64,000 nucleotides of DNA. It comes from the human T2T-CHM13v2.0 reference genome, Homo sapiens. A model generated the notes under the pieces. The model saw only the letters and a list, made by a program, of their open reading frames with translations. It did not search any database and had not been told where the DNA came from. Positions within the stretch are counted from its first letter, which is position 1; each line of letters begins with the position of its first letter. A program made the translations under genes and the position numbers. This document shows positions 39,646-55,148 of the stretch, piece by piece. Location of the stretch: the NCBI RefSeq assembly GCF_009914755.1, contig NC_060933.1; one strand, given 5' to 3'.

Positions 39646-40031
39646 GCCTCCCCACCGGCTGCCCTCTGCGCCCGGGCGGCGGCCTCCTGCGCTGGCCGGC
39701 GGGGCTGGGACGCACACGCGCGGCGTACGGTCCCGGGGCGGCGGCGGACGGTCCCGCCCTCTCTTCCCCGGCTGGCTGGCGGCGCTGTGCTCTCGCAGGC
39801 CCCCGGGCCCGGCTCCGCGCCCGGCTCGTTCCTTCGCTGCGCTCGCGCCCGCGCCCGCGCCCCGCGCCCCGCGCCCTTGCGCTCCCTCCCGCGGCCGAGG
39901 CACTAGTGAGGCTCAGAGTCGAGGTGCGCTCCGCCCCCGCCGGCCCCGCCCCGCCCGGCCCCACCCCCGCCGGTCCCCCCGCCCCCTCCGCGGCCACCTC
40001 CTCCCGCACGCCCCGTCCGCCTTTGCGCCTC

Positions 40032-40118
40032 CCCGAGCTGAGCCGCGCGTCCCGAGCCCAGCCTCTCCGGGGAGGAGGGACCCGGCGGCGCGGCGTGGGT
40101 CGGGAGCGGGCGCCTGGG
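40032..40118 (-). ncRNA. MIR4674: pre-miRNA hsa-mir-4674 in the NOTCH1 promoter
   Basis: Minus strand CCCAGGCGCCCGCTCCCGACCC...CTGGGCTCGGGACGCGCGGCTCAGCTCGGG matches my recollection of mir-4674. Confidence 0.8.
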
Positions 40119-43100
40119 ACTACTTCTCGTTTGAAAGTTTTCAGAGGCCAAAAGTTTGAGCCGGGGCTGCGGAAGGATCCGGCTCTGGCGGTTGCCGCGC
40201 TCGGCGACAACTGGCGACTGAAATTTGCATGTGAATAAGCGGAGGAGCCCGGGGCGGAATGGGGAGGGCGAGGCCGCGGACAGCCGTGTGCACCGTGCGC
40301 TGGGCCGGGCGGGGAGCAGCTGAGGCCACGTTGGGGGACCCCGGGCCCGGGGCAGGGCTCTGGGAGAGTGGCCTAGCCGTGTGTGCGCCCCTAGCCCAGC
40401 GGCTTCACTCCCTCCCGAGGGCCCCGTGGCCGCGGCTTTAGGCGTCCAGAGGATCGATCGCCGCCAGACATCCCTGGCCGTGATTGCCCGAGCACTTGAC
40501 CGCGAGGGATGGGGGCGCCGCGGCCTCTGGGCAGGGGACTCCGGGCGCCCCGAGGGAGCAGCCGGGACCAGTGCCTCGCGGACGGATTGTGCCCCGCTCC
40601 CCCAAGGGGGACCCGCGTCGACACGCTCCTCGGTCACCGTCCTCCTCCTGCCCGGGCGCCGCCTGCCTAAGGTGGCCCCAGAAAGCACAAACGGGTCGGG
40701 CGGATCTGCCGCTGGCGCCGGCGCAGCCCTTCCCACGTGCTCCTTCCGGCTGATTTATTTCTCCACCACGATGCCAGGCACGGGCACCCTGTGCCAAGCC
40801 TGGTTAAGCGCCAGGAGTCCAAAATGCCTGCCATAGTCCCTGCGCAAAGTTCACGGCCTCGTGCCAGGGACAGACAGCGCCCCCTCCCCACCCCAACACA
40901 GGGTGGTGAGTGCGATGGCAGAAGGCGCGTGTCCCGGCGCCCCTCCTGGAGTAGGAGGGCTAAGCCTGCCCTGCGGGGAGACCGAAAGGCTGGGAGGGAC
41001 CTAGGACTGTGGGGGCCTGGGGGGAGGGCTGCAGAAACCCCAGAGCATGGTGGCAGAGGCAGGCACAGAAAGCAGGACAAATCTCACACCTGACCCCAGC
41101 AAGCCTTTCCTGGCACACCTCTTGCCAAATGCTGAGCACTCTGGAAACAGCCAGTGCAGGCGGCCTGTCCCGCCCCTGTAGCTGCTGCTGGGAGCCTCCC
41201 TCGCCTGCGTCCTCCCAGAATCTGGCCTCACTTCTGCAGGCCTGGGGTAACATCTTGGGGTCAGCGCCCCAGGAGAGGAGGCGCCTGGAGGCAGCAGAGA
41301 TGTTTATGTAACAGCAGCCAGGCAGCCTGGAGGAGCAGATTTTCCATAGAAGGAAGCGCGGGGCTGTGCAGCTCCCAGGCTGAGGACTCTGCCCACCACG
41401 ACGTCCTCTGCTCCTGGTGGGTGGGGGTGGGGTGGGGCATAGGGAGGCCCGAAGGCCTCAGGCCTGGTGCTGATCGGGTGCGGGTGCGACTGCCTGTGTG
41501 CCTCCATTGGCATCTCTGCCTGTGGGCCCCAGGCCAGAAGTAATGGCCCATGTAGCCCAGGCCCGGGGGCCAGTCCTCAGCATTTTGCGGAGGGGCGGCC
41601 TGGGAGGGGAGGAGGGGATCCCTGGATAGGGGGTCTCCCCTGGTCTGCCCCAGCTGTGCCGACAGCACCTCCACCTTGGGCCTCCATCCTCTACCAGCAG
41701 AGAAGAGAGTGGCCCATTCGGTGTCCACCCGTCAGGCCACCCAGCAGCCAGGCACGCTCATAAGCCCGCGTTACGGATGGTGCGGCCGGGTGCACAGGCC
41801 CGAGGGAAGCACAGGCCTCGGCCTCCCAGCTCCCAACCCCTGCACCACCCACAGCCGGGAGTACCCCATGGACAGCTGTGGCCGAGGAGAAGCCAGGGAT
41901 GAGGGGGATGGGCCTCACCTCCCCACCAGCCTGGGAAGGGGGTAGGCCCCTGGCAAGTAGGTGAGAAGCTTTTTCATTCACAAGTTGTCCGGGCTCCCCA
42001 TTCCTCTTTGTCAGGCCAGCGGGTGTGGGCAGTCGGGGGAGGCTGGGGTCCTGACACAACAGGAGTACATCTGCTGGCCTAGGGCCTGGAGACCTTCTCC
42101 TACAGGTCGGGAGGCAGCCCTGGGCAGCGGGCATTGCGGGGACTAAAGAGAAACAAGAGCAGGTTGTGTGCAGGGCACCCCAGCCACTCCAGAAACCCAA
42201 TGGGAGGGTGGGGGCTAGGACCCCAAGAAGCTGAATTGGGGTGCAGTGCCGCCAGGCCTCCCCTGTAGGAGTCACTTTGGGCTTCCTGTCCCAACTTGTG
42301 GTGGGAGCTGGGGCAAGGTTCCAGGGGTACCCCGAATGAATGGGGCTGTTCCCAAGCTGGCCAGGGAGCCTGGAAGCAGATGAGATGGGGCCGCAGAGCC
42401 TGGTTTGCGGAGGGGAGAGGCAGACGTGTCCTGCAGCCCTCTCTTCTTCAGAGGCCCCCTGCGGGTGCTGAGGGGAGAGTGGCTTAGGCGTTGCACCCCA
42501 GGAGACTGAACTGGGTCAGTTCCCCCTTGTTTGCTGCCAGAGAAATGGGGGTACCATTGTCAGGGTGAGCTAAGGAGGCCCTGCTGACATTGGCCCAACC
42601 AGGCCCCTCCTTTGCGGCTGCTGTGGGGACTTTCGAGAGCAGAGCACACCCCTAAGTGCATGGAGAGGTAAGCACAGCTGGTGAGCACACGGGGACAGCG
42701 ACGGAGCTCATGGAGACCCAGGTGACCTTAAAACACCCCAGGGCCGGCTCCGGCCCCAGAGAGATGTGGTCCGAGTAGAGGGGGGTCAGCAGTGACCTGG
42801 TGGGTGGGTGTATTTGAGGGGTGCCTGTGTTGAAAGCTCTGCAGTAGATTCTAAGGAGCAGCCAGGGCTGAGACTCCCGGTGCTGAGCCCAAGGCCCCTT
42901 TCCTTCCTGCAGGAGTTCATCTTGGCTCTTGCAGCCCCCATGACCCTGTGGCGCTGGGGGGCGGCTAGCATGATGCTCCCCATTTTTCAGGAGGGAAGCT
43001 GAGGCTCAGAGACATCATGAGGATGCCAGCTCAAGGCCCAGCCAGGCCTTGGTCCTCAGCTGCTGTCATCCAGTAGGGTAAGTGGGACCCCCATGAGGTG

Positions 43101-43750
43101 TTGGGGGACACTCCTCCCCTCCCCCACACTCACAGTCTGTTCACCGCCCAAGGCAGCAGGCTGGACTCGGTGCAGGGACCATGGCTTGGCGTGGCCAGGT
43201 TGGAGTGGCCCCTGGGACTGAAAGCAGGGGGCGTGGGGGCTCTGAGGCGGGGCTGAGTGCGGGGACGTCCTGTGGCGGGTACCCTGCTGGGTCCTGGGTG
43301 GGGGCCACCACCAGGCAGCTGTGGGAACATTCCAGACCACCTAGGAGTAGGGCCCCTTCACCATTTGAAGCTGACTGTAAAAAACATCTGACCTGCGTGC
43401 AAAGCTCAAGCCCAGAGGCCTCCAGGGTGTCCAGCCTCCAGGGTGCCTCCTACGCAGCCTCCACGTCCCCATCCACTGCAGCCCCTGACCATCGGGCACA
43501 CCGTGGGGCCTTCGCTGGCCGCCGGGCCTCAGGTTCTGCTGCACCAAGTGATTTTTAAAGCCCCATCTGCCTTTCTCCACTTATAAAGAACTTGGGACAT
43601 TTCCTCGAGGTTGGGCATTTTTCCAGATGTGGTTTCAGTGTCTCGCTTGCTACCTGGTCCCCTGTGCTGGGCGGTCCGCTGTGACGCACCTGGCAGTCCT
43701 TGCTCTAGGATGGATTCGGGCCGGCCCTTGTTCTGAGAACAGAGAACGGC
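40070..43750 (+). ncRNA. NALT1: Probable divergent lncRNA NALT1; boundaries approximate
   Basis: Placed from prior knowledge of the locus (head-to-head with NOTCH1). The sequence shows only a CpG-island promoter and a TATAAA polyA-like hexamer at 43582-43587; exons not determined. Confidence 0.4.
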
Positions 43751-45419
43751 CCTTGTTCTGAGGAGGCTGGGGTCTGGAATCTGCTTCCTGGTCCCCTGCT
43801 GTGTGCAGACAGCCACCGTCACCCAGGCCCAGGGGTGCCTGCAGGTGCTGGGCATCTCACCCTGGCCCTCACAGGGGCTCCCCATGCCCTGCACCCCTCG
43901 GTCTGTGCCGGGGACTTCCCTGCTCTGCTGTTGCAGGCCTCGTCCTTTGCCGAGGGGGTCTCTTTCCCACGTGTCCCTGAGACTCCTCAGCCATCCCAGA
44001 GGCTCTCGGCCGTCTGAGCACCCCTGACCATGAAGCCTTCCTGACCCACTCTCTGTGTGTGAGGCAGAGCCCATCCCTACCATTCCGACCCACACCAGAG
44101 GCTCCGGAAGGTTTGCTGACTGACCTGTGACTGCAAGAAGCTGAAGGAATGTGGGCGCAGACCCGGCAGGGGCTTTTCTTGGTGCAAAGTCAACTGGCTG
44201 TCCATGCAAGCCTGCTGCTGTGGCCAGCCCTCCCGCCAGGCGCCTGGTACCCTCCCTGGACCCAGTTGCCAGGACAGTGATCCCCAGCTGTGGCCAGGAC
44301 TCTGCCCGGGGCCCTGTCTACTCAGTGTCTCCAATGGTCCCCATGCAGAAACTGCCCCCCTTGCTGCCCATGAGGCATGGGATAGGGTCAGCATCCGAGA
44401 GGCAGGCCCTGCTGTTCCCCTCTGCACAGAGGCTGGGGGAGTGAGTTGCCCGGGCAAGTCCCCGGGCAGGCACTGGGCCTCCTGAGCAGGTGAGCTGAGA
44501 AGGCCCCAGCTGGTGTAGGCCTCGAGAGCTGCAGGACTGGCCGTGGGGCAGACCTGGCATTGTCATTCTAGAGCTGGGCCTGGGGGGTGGCTGGTGCAGT
44601 GCAGATCTCAGGTGGAGGCCACCTGCCCGTCCTTTCCACGTGGCTCAGGGCTCAGACCCACCTGCCTGTCCCTGGAAGCCCCTAGACTGCTCAGAGCACA
44701 GACCTCAGTGGGAAAGACAGTAGATAGGCCTGGGTATGGTCTCCCAGCCCTGAGAAGTGGGGAGCCCACTCAGACCTTTCCAGGACCCCAGGTCCCCTCA
44801 GCAGCCCACAGAGCGTGGGTGGAGCCTGGGCTGGGGTTGGGTCACTTGGGAGCCAAAGGCCCATTTCTGCTGCTTCCAGGGAGTCCCAGGGAGACGGCAG
44901 AGGCAGTGCCTGGCTGGGGCCCTGGTTGGCGTGCCGTTTGAGGGGTGCATGCACTGGGAAGTTGGCCAGGCCTGCCCAAATCAGGGGGCTTCCAGGAGGA
45001 GAGACATCAGGAGGATGGGCACAGAGGCGACTTAGCACCAGGGCTGGCACCTCCAGGTAGGGGCTGTGGGGGGCTGGACCAGACAGGGAGGCTGTCACGA
45101 TGCCTGGCTGTTGGATGGGGGCACAGAGGCTCTGAGTGGGGTGGCAGAGCTTGGCCACCAGGTCCATCTGCACCCCCCATGCCCCCTCACTACCCCCAGA
45201 CCCCCATGATCCCAAACTACTCAGTCCCAGGGACCCCTGCAGAGCCTGTGGTGGGGGGGATCTTCCACCCTGCCTGGCCCCTGCCCACCTCACCTCAGAA
45301 CTTTCTCCAAAAAGTAAGAGCCCCGGGGGACGAAACTTCGAGGCTCCACCCCTTGGGCTCTGGTACAAACCCCGAGCCTCCTCCGAGGGCTGAGTCACTG
45401 GGAAAGCCGGGATGGGCTG

Positions 45420-45577
45420 GCCCCTCCCCCTCCCTCTCCTTCCTTCCTCCTTCCCCCTTTCTCGGTCTCCCTCTTTTTCTCTTTGCTTTACTTCTCTTTC
45501 TTGCCTCCCTCTCTCCCTCTCTTCTTTCGTTCCTTTCATCTTCTTCCCTTCCTCCGTCTTTGCCTTTCTTCTTTTCT
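45420..45577. repeat. CT-rich polypyrimidine tract
   Basis: About 155 bp of almost pure C/T on the + strand. Confidence 0.85.
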
Positions 45578-46795
45578 GAGGGTAAAAATAGCTGGAAAAC
45601 CCCCTTAAAAAAGTTTATTTTAATCTTAGAGGGACAATGTTGGTGTCCCAAAGCACAGTCCTTTGCCCCGGAGGAGCCACCGGCAGAGCCAGGAGCCCCT
45701 GAAGGACTTTGACCACACCCCCCACCCCACCCCGACCTGTGCCTGGTGCCCCAAGTGGAGCCTGGGCCATCCTTGACCTCACCGCTGGGGTGATGGAGAA
45801 GCAGCCGCCCGAGGCGAGAGTTTCTCAGGTGGCCGGGGTTTCCCCCCATTTGCTCCAGACACATTTAAACAAGCTGAGAACTTCCGTCCCCCCACACTCC
45901 CCCCCGCGGACCCCCACGGACCCCCTCTGCAAATGAACATGGGCCTGGAAATCGGGGTGTGGGTTACAGAGAGCACGGGGAATTCTGCTCGTGAAGTAAC
46001 ACGGAGCACGAACATAAGCAGGTACCGCACATCTGCGAGCTATTCGGGTCTCCGGGGGAAGGCAAAAAGCCCCAACAAGCCTTAAGTAAGACCAGGACGC
46101 TTCTATAGTTTTGCTTTGACAGCTAAGGAAAAAATCTGCCAAAAACCAGAGGCGCTGCTGAGTGTTGGCGTGGGAATGCTAGTTTAGTCAGAGCCTTGCT
46201 CTGGGCCATTTAAATAAAAACAGACATGTTGGTGGCAAATGCCAGTTGAACACGCAGGAGAGCGGTGCTTCTCGGGCCCGGAGAAGGGTTTGCAGCTGCA
46301 CTCTCTCTTCCCTTTTCTCTTGGCCTCCCCAGCCTTCTTATCATCACGATCAGCATTTCACTGGTAAACATTTGGTGCAATAATTTTCAAAAATCAGCAA
46401 GAAAAGTCTGAGCGTTTCATGTGGCTGTGACTGCGTGGCCCCAGCTGGAAGCATGGATTCCCAGTGCCTCCCAGAGCCTGTCTCCGAGGGATACTCTAAT
46501 CACTTGAGGGCCTTTGCACGACATAAATCAGACCGACTATCTCTAGAGTGGAGAGGGGGATAAACTCACTTGTAGCAAGTGAAGGCCAGAGGCTGCCCTG
46601 GGATGGCATTGCCTGTTCCCAGGGGCTTGTGGTGGTGCAGCAGACATGGGGACCCCTGGGCCCCTTCCCCTCCTTGCTGGGGATGCCACACAGACCCACG
46701 TTCAGGGACCTGAATTCAGAGCCTGCCCCAGGGGTGGCGAATGTATCTGGGACACTGAGCACCCCCCTACCGGGTGCATCTCATGGCCTTTTGGT

Positions 46796-47085
46796 CTTTT
46801 TTTTTGAGACGGAGTCTCACTTTGTTGCCCAGGCTGGAGTGTCATGGGGCGATCTCCGCTCACTACCACCTCCGCCTCCCGGGTTCAAGCAATTCTCCTG
46901 TCTCAGCCTCCGAGTAGCTGGGATTACAGGTATGTGCCACCACGCCAGCTAATTTTTCTATTTTTAATAGAGATAGGGTTTCACCATGTTGGTCAGGCTG
47001 GTCTTGAACTCCTAACCTCGGGTGACCTGCCTGCCTTGGCCTCCCGAAGTGTTGGGATTACAGGCGTGAGCCACTGCACCTGGCC
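46796..47085 (-). mobile_element. Alu
   Basis: polyT plus Alu body; TSD GCCTTTTGGTCTT. Confidence 0.95.
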
Positions 47086-48296
47086 AGCCTTTTGGTCTTG
47101 AAGGGTCTCTGGGAGGGCCTCAGAGAATGTCTTGGTTTCCTCACTCTTGGGTTCCCATCGACTGAGGTCAGGGCTGGGAAGGGGTGATGAGCCCAGGACT
47201 CTTCTGGCGAGAGCGAGGGTCTATGTTGGGGGGCTCCCTTCTGCCACCTCTCCTTGGTGACATGGGGCTGGCTGGAGAGTCCCTCCGTGCCTGGGAGTTC
47301 CTCAGTGTAGGGGGGGAAGGGGGCCACTGCAATGAATCTGACACCAGCCCCCTCTCTCTCCGCCCTGCTGGCAGCCCTCACTCATATGGGGGGCGGGTCT
47401 GTCCTCCTTTCCCCAAAGCTGGGGGTCCTGAGTGTGGTTGGGGTAACGTCTGGTCCTCCTTAGAACAGTGGGGCTTGGAATTCATTCAAGGGAAGAAGAG
47501 TGAAGGAACGCAGATGCCGACTGCATGGAGCCCCCCCGGGCTGCAGCCCCTAGAGCCTGGGCGCTCTGTGAGCCAGAAAGAGAACGGCTGGGGAGAGGGC
47601 TGTGTGAGGCCCTGTTCTTCCAAGACCGCTGCGGAGGACCGACGGGGCCCAGGGACCCTGACTGAGGTGTGCCGAGCACAGCAGCTCTGGACAGGCCGCA
47701 CCGGCCTCTCTGTCTGTCATCTGTCCACCTGTTGGTGGGCAGGAACAGACCTGATGCTGTAAGAAGAGGCCCCCAGGACCCTGCCTCTCCCATTGGCTGA
47801 GCCTGGACTGTGGAGCCAGCCGCCCTCACACTGGGCACAGATGACCGACTTAGGTTTTGAGAAGATCCAAACAGCAGCAGGACGTGCACCTGGTAGGGGT
47901 AGGAGGGCCTCCCCTGGACTCAAAAGTGTATTCGCGGAGCCCCTTCCCTGCAGCGTAGGCTCTGGGGGGACAGTGGCCAGGACGGAGGCCCTCGTGGAAA
48001 GGGGGAGATGTGAACAGTGAGCCTCCTGCATGCAGGCATCTGGGAAAGAACATTCCAGCCAAGTGGCTCTGAGCACACCCCGACCCTGGCCACCCTGGCC
48101 CTGTGGACCAACCCTGGGGCCCAGGATTAATGACAGCCAGTGCTCGCTGGTGCCTCCAGCCTGGGCCAGGCCTGTGGGCTGGTCCCTTCAATGATGGGGC
48201 AAGCTCAGCCCCGTCCACACCCTTCTCCTCCTCCTCTGTGCTTCCCTCCACCCCCAGGAGTGGGCTCCAGGTCTGTCACTCGTCACTCATGGGGGG

Positions 48297-48722
48297 CTGT
48301 GGGTTGACTCGTATTCCCCCAAAAGACTCGCTGTATACCCCCAGAGCTTGTGAGCAGGACCTGTTTTGGAGATGGGTCTTTGCAGATGTCGTCGAGTTAA
48401 GACAAGGCCATGCTGGAGTGGGGCCTGCCCTAATCCAACGACTGGGGCCCTTGGCAGGAGAGGGAGGTTTGGGGAGAAGGCGCTGGGAAGACAGGCAGAG
48501 GCTGGAGACAGCGCAGCCCCAAGCTGGGAGCACAGGGGTTGCCGGCACCCAACAGAAGCTGGAGGAGGTGGGAAGGATCCTCCCTAGAGCCTTGGGAGAG
48601 GGCCCGGTCCTGTGACACCCAGATTTTGGATTTCTGGCCTTCGGAACTGAGAGAGCACACATTTCTGCGGTTTGAAGCCACCAAATTTTTGGTAATTTGT
48701 TCTGGCCAGGAAATTAATACCA
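48297..48722 (+). mobile_element. MLT1-type MaLR solo LTR
   Basis: TGTGGGTTGA...CCCCCAAAAGA; GGGTCTTTGCAGATG; GATTTCTGGCCTTCGGAACTG; TTTGAAGCCACC; TGGTAATTTGTT...AATAC. Confidence 0.85.
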
Positions 48723-49475
48723 GGGATAAAGGTGTTTTAATGCAGACAAAGACAGTTTTTGAATTAACCAAGCTTTGCGCAAGGCTGCCGGGATTGACTG
48801 GGGGAAGTGAGGGACTCAGCAGCTTCCCCGACGCTCGCCAGGCACCGGCCTCCATACACGCTTGCTGGCGGTGGCTACGGCAGGTCGCTCTTCAGGTGAA
48901 ACCACATAATGAGCAGCCTTAAGCCTGTCGATTTACACAGCAGAGGCTGCCTGGCCTGGCGCTCTTCCCGGCTGGAGGACTCTGCCTTCCCCCTCTGCCT
49001 GCCTGTGGCCACTCCGGCTGCAGAGGAGACTGGCAGACGACGTTCTCATCCCTGGTCGGGGCAAAAGCTCTGCTCAAATATGACAACGGTGAAACTCGGA
49101 ATAGCGACAGAGCCAACCCATGATTGAGGCAGGGCTGGAGGCTTTCTGGAAAACGCACGGAGAAACACGAGGGCCCAGCTGTGCCCTGGGCCGCCCCATG
49201 AGTCCAGCCTTCTTCGTCCTAGTCCCTTCTCCAAAGAAAGGACAAAACCACTGAAAGGGTTCGTCTGGGTCACAAACGTCCCAAATTGGCTTCCGCGTGG
49301 AAACTAAACAAGGGTAGGTCCCAGCCCCTGGGATTCAGGTGAAACCCGAGGCCTGTCTGAGGTCACAGCGTCTTCCCGAGGACGTCAGCCCTGTTGGCTG
49401 TGTCTGGGGCCAGGCTGAGGCATAGCGGGCCGGGAGGCCGAGCTTCCCAAAGGAGCTGCACTGTCTTTTCCTTAG

Positions 49476-49980
<505 letters not shown>

Positions 49981-51426
49981 TAGAGGCAAAGACAGCAGCA
50001 TGATCTTCAGCTTGCAAATGAGACACAGAATGACAATGAATCTTCACCGAAGTTAACTTGAACCTGGATGGATGAGTGGCCGGGTCGCCAAAAAGCTCCT
50101 CGGACCCTGCCAGAGTGTGAGCTCTGCCAGGAGGGCCGGGGCTCCAGGATCCCAGGCTGGGCAGTCACTGGCTCCCCCAGGAAGGGCCACATTCCGGTGG
50201 GCAGACAGAGGGTTGGGGAGGGTGGTGGGCAGCCAGCCGCCTGGATCCCGGCCGGGGCACCGTCCCGCAGAGCTTGTCCCGCACAGACTCAGTTTCCTAA
50301 CCCAGCAAGTGGGAGTCCACTGTGAGAAGTCCAGCCCTATGCAGATGCGTGCGAATCCCCTAAGAGCCATGCCTGAGCCCTTGGCGGAAGCAGTTGGCTC
50401 CTCGTGTCATGCAAAGGGCGGCATTTTCATTCCTAACAGGGAGGTGGCCCCGGAGCATCCAGTTCAAAGGAGCTAGGATGATCCAGGGTCCTCTCACGTG
50501 GGCCTTGGTGAGTGGCCACACCCTCTGAGACCCCCTTTCATCCCCATAGAAAGGTCCTAGCAGGGCTGTGCCAGGGGGATCCGCAGGTGGCAGGGTGGCC
50601 CCATCTGCAGTGGGCCCAGGAGGATAGCAACAGGACTTAGCAGTGGTGGGATTGTATTTCTGGGCCCTTCTTCCCCCACAGCCCACAGCCTCCTGACGGG
50701 ACCCCTCCCCCCAGAACCTGAAGGACGGACCTCAGGTGTGGAGCTCCCTCACCAGACAGAGGGGAGGAGCCCAGGTCCATCTCCTCAAAGGGACCCACCA
50801 GCCCCTCACGCGGCTGCACACAAGGCAGTCCCAGCCAGGCCCCAGGTTGAGGCAGACTCAGCCTATGTCCTCAAGAGGCTCCCTGGAGAAGGCAGGACCC
50901 AGAAGCTTCTCTCTCGGCTGACATGGCCTTTGCGGGCAGCCTTCCCACCCACATCCCCAGCATGAGCCCCAGCTCCTTGGAGCCCAGAGTCCAAGAAATG
51001 GCCTTTCTGCCACTGACCCCTCCCGTGGAATGGCTCCTCCCGAGCAGGGAACCTCTGCTGGGACCCGTCAGCTGCAAGAAGGCCCGTCCCCGAGAGAGCC
51101 CTGCAGGGCAAGGGGAGAGGGACCCCGGGGTAGGGGTGGAGAGCAGCTGAGGGGACAGACACAGAGAAGACCAGGCAGGGGCATAGCCTGCTGATGGGGG
51201 ATGCCATCCTCTCGGTCACAGCTGAGCCAGGGCAGCCTCTAAGCTTCCTAAGTGGGGAAACCAAGGCAGAGAACCCCAGGACTGGGGCCACAGCTGTGGT
51301 CAGCCGGTTGGGGGTGGCCTGGGCCTCTCCAGTCTCCACTCTTCCATCCAGCTTCATGGGGAGCAACATTTTTTTCACCTCAAGGCCAAATTAGGAAGAA
51401 CAAACATGTTTTATTTATCAGTGTCA

Positions 51427-52319
<893 letters not shown>

Positions 52320-52360
52320 GAGGGCTGTGTTTTAAATGAAACATGCACCTCTTTGCTCCT

Positions 52361-55148
<2,788 letters not shown>

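Larger units (their letters stand above)
38430..40950. promoter_or_regulatory. CpG island / TATA-less NOTCH1 promoter
   Basis: Very high GC and CpG density spanning exon 1; CCCGCCC GC boxes at ~39930-39990; octamer ATTTGCAT at 40223-40230. Confidence 0.95.

Noticed and set aside
40400-43650. p53 response elements reported for the NOTCH1 promoter
   Set aside because: Only degenerate half-sites were visible, so I could not place them confidently
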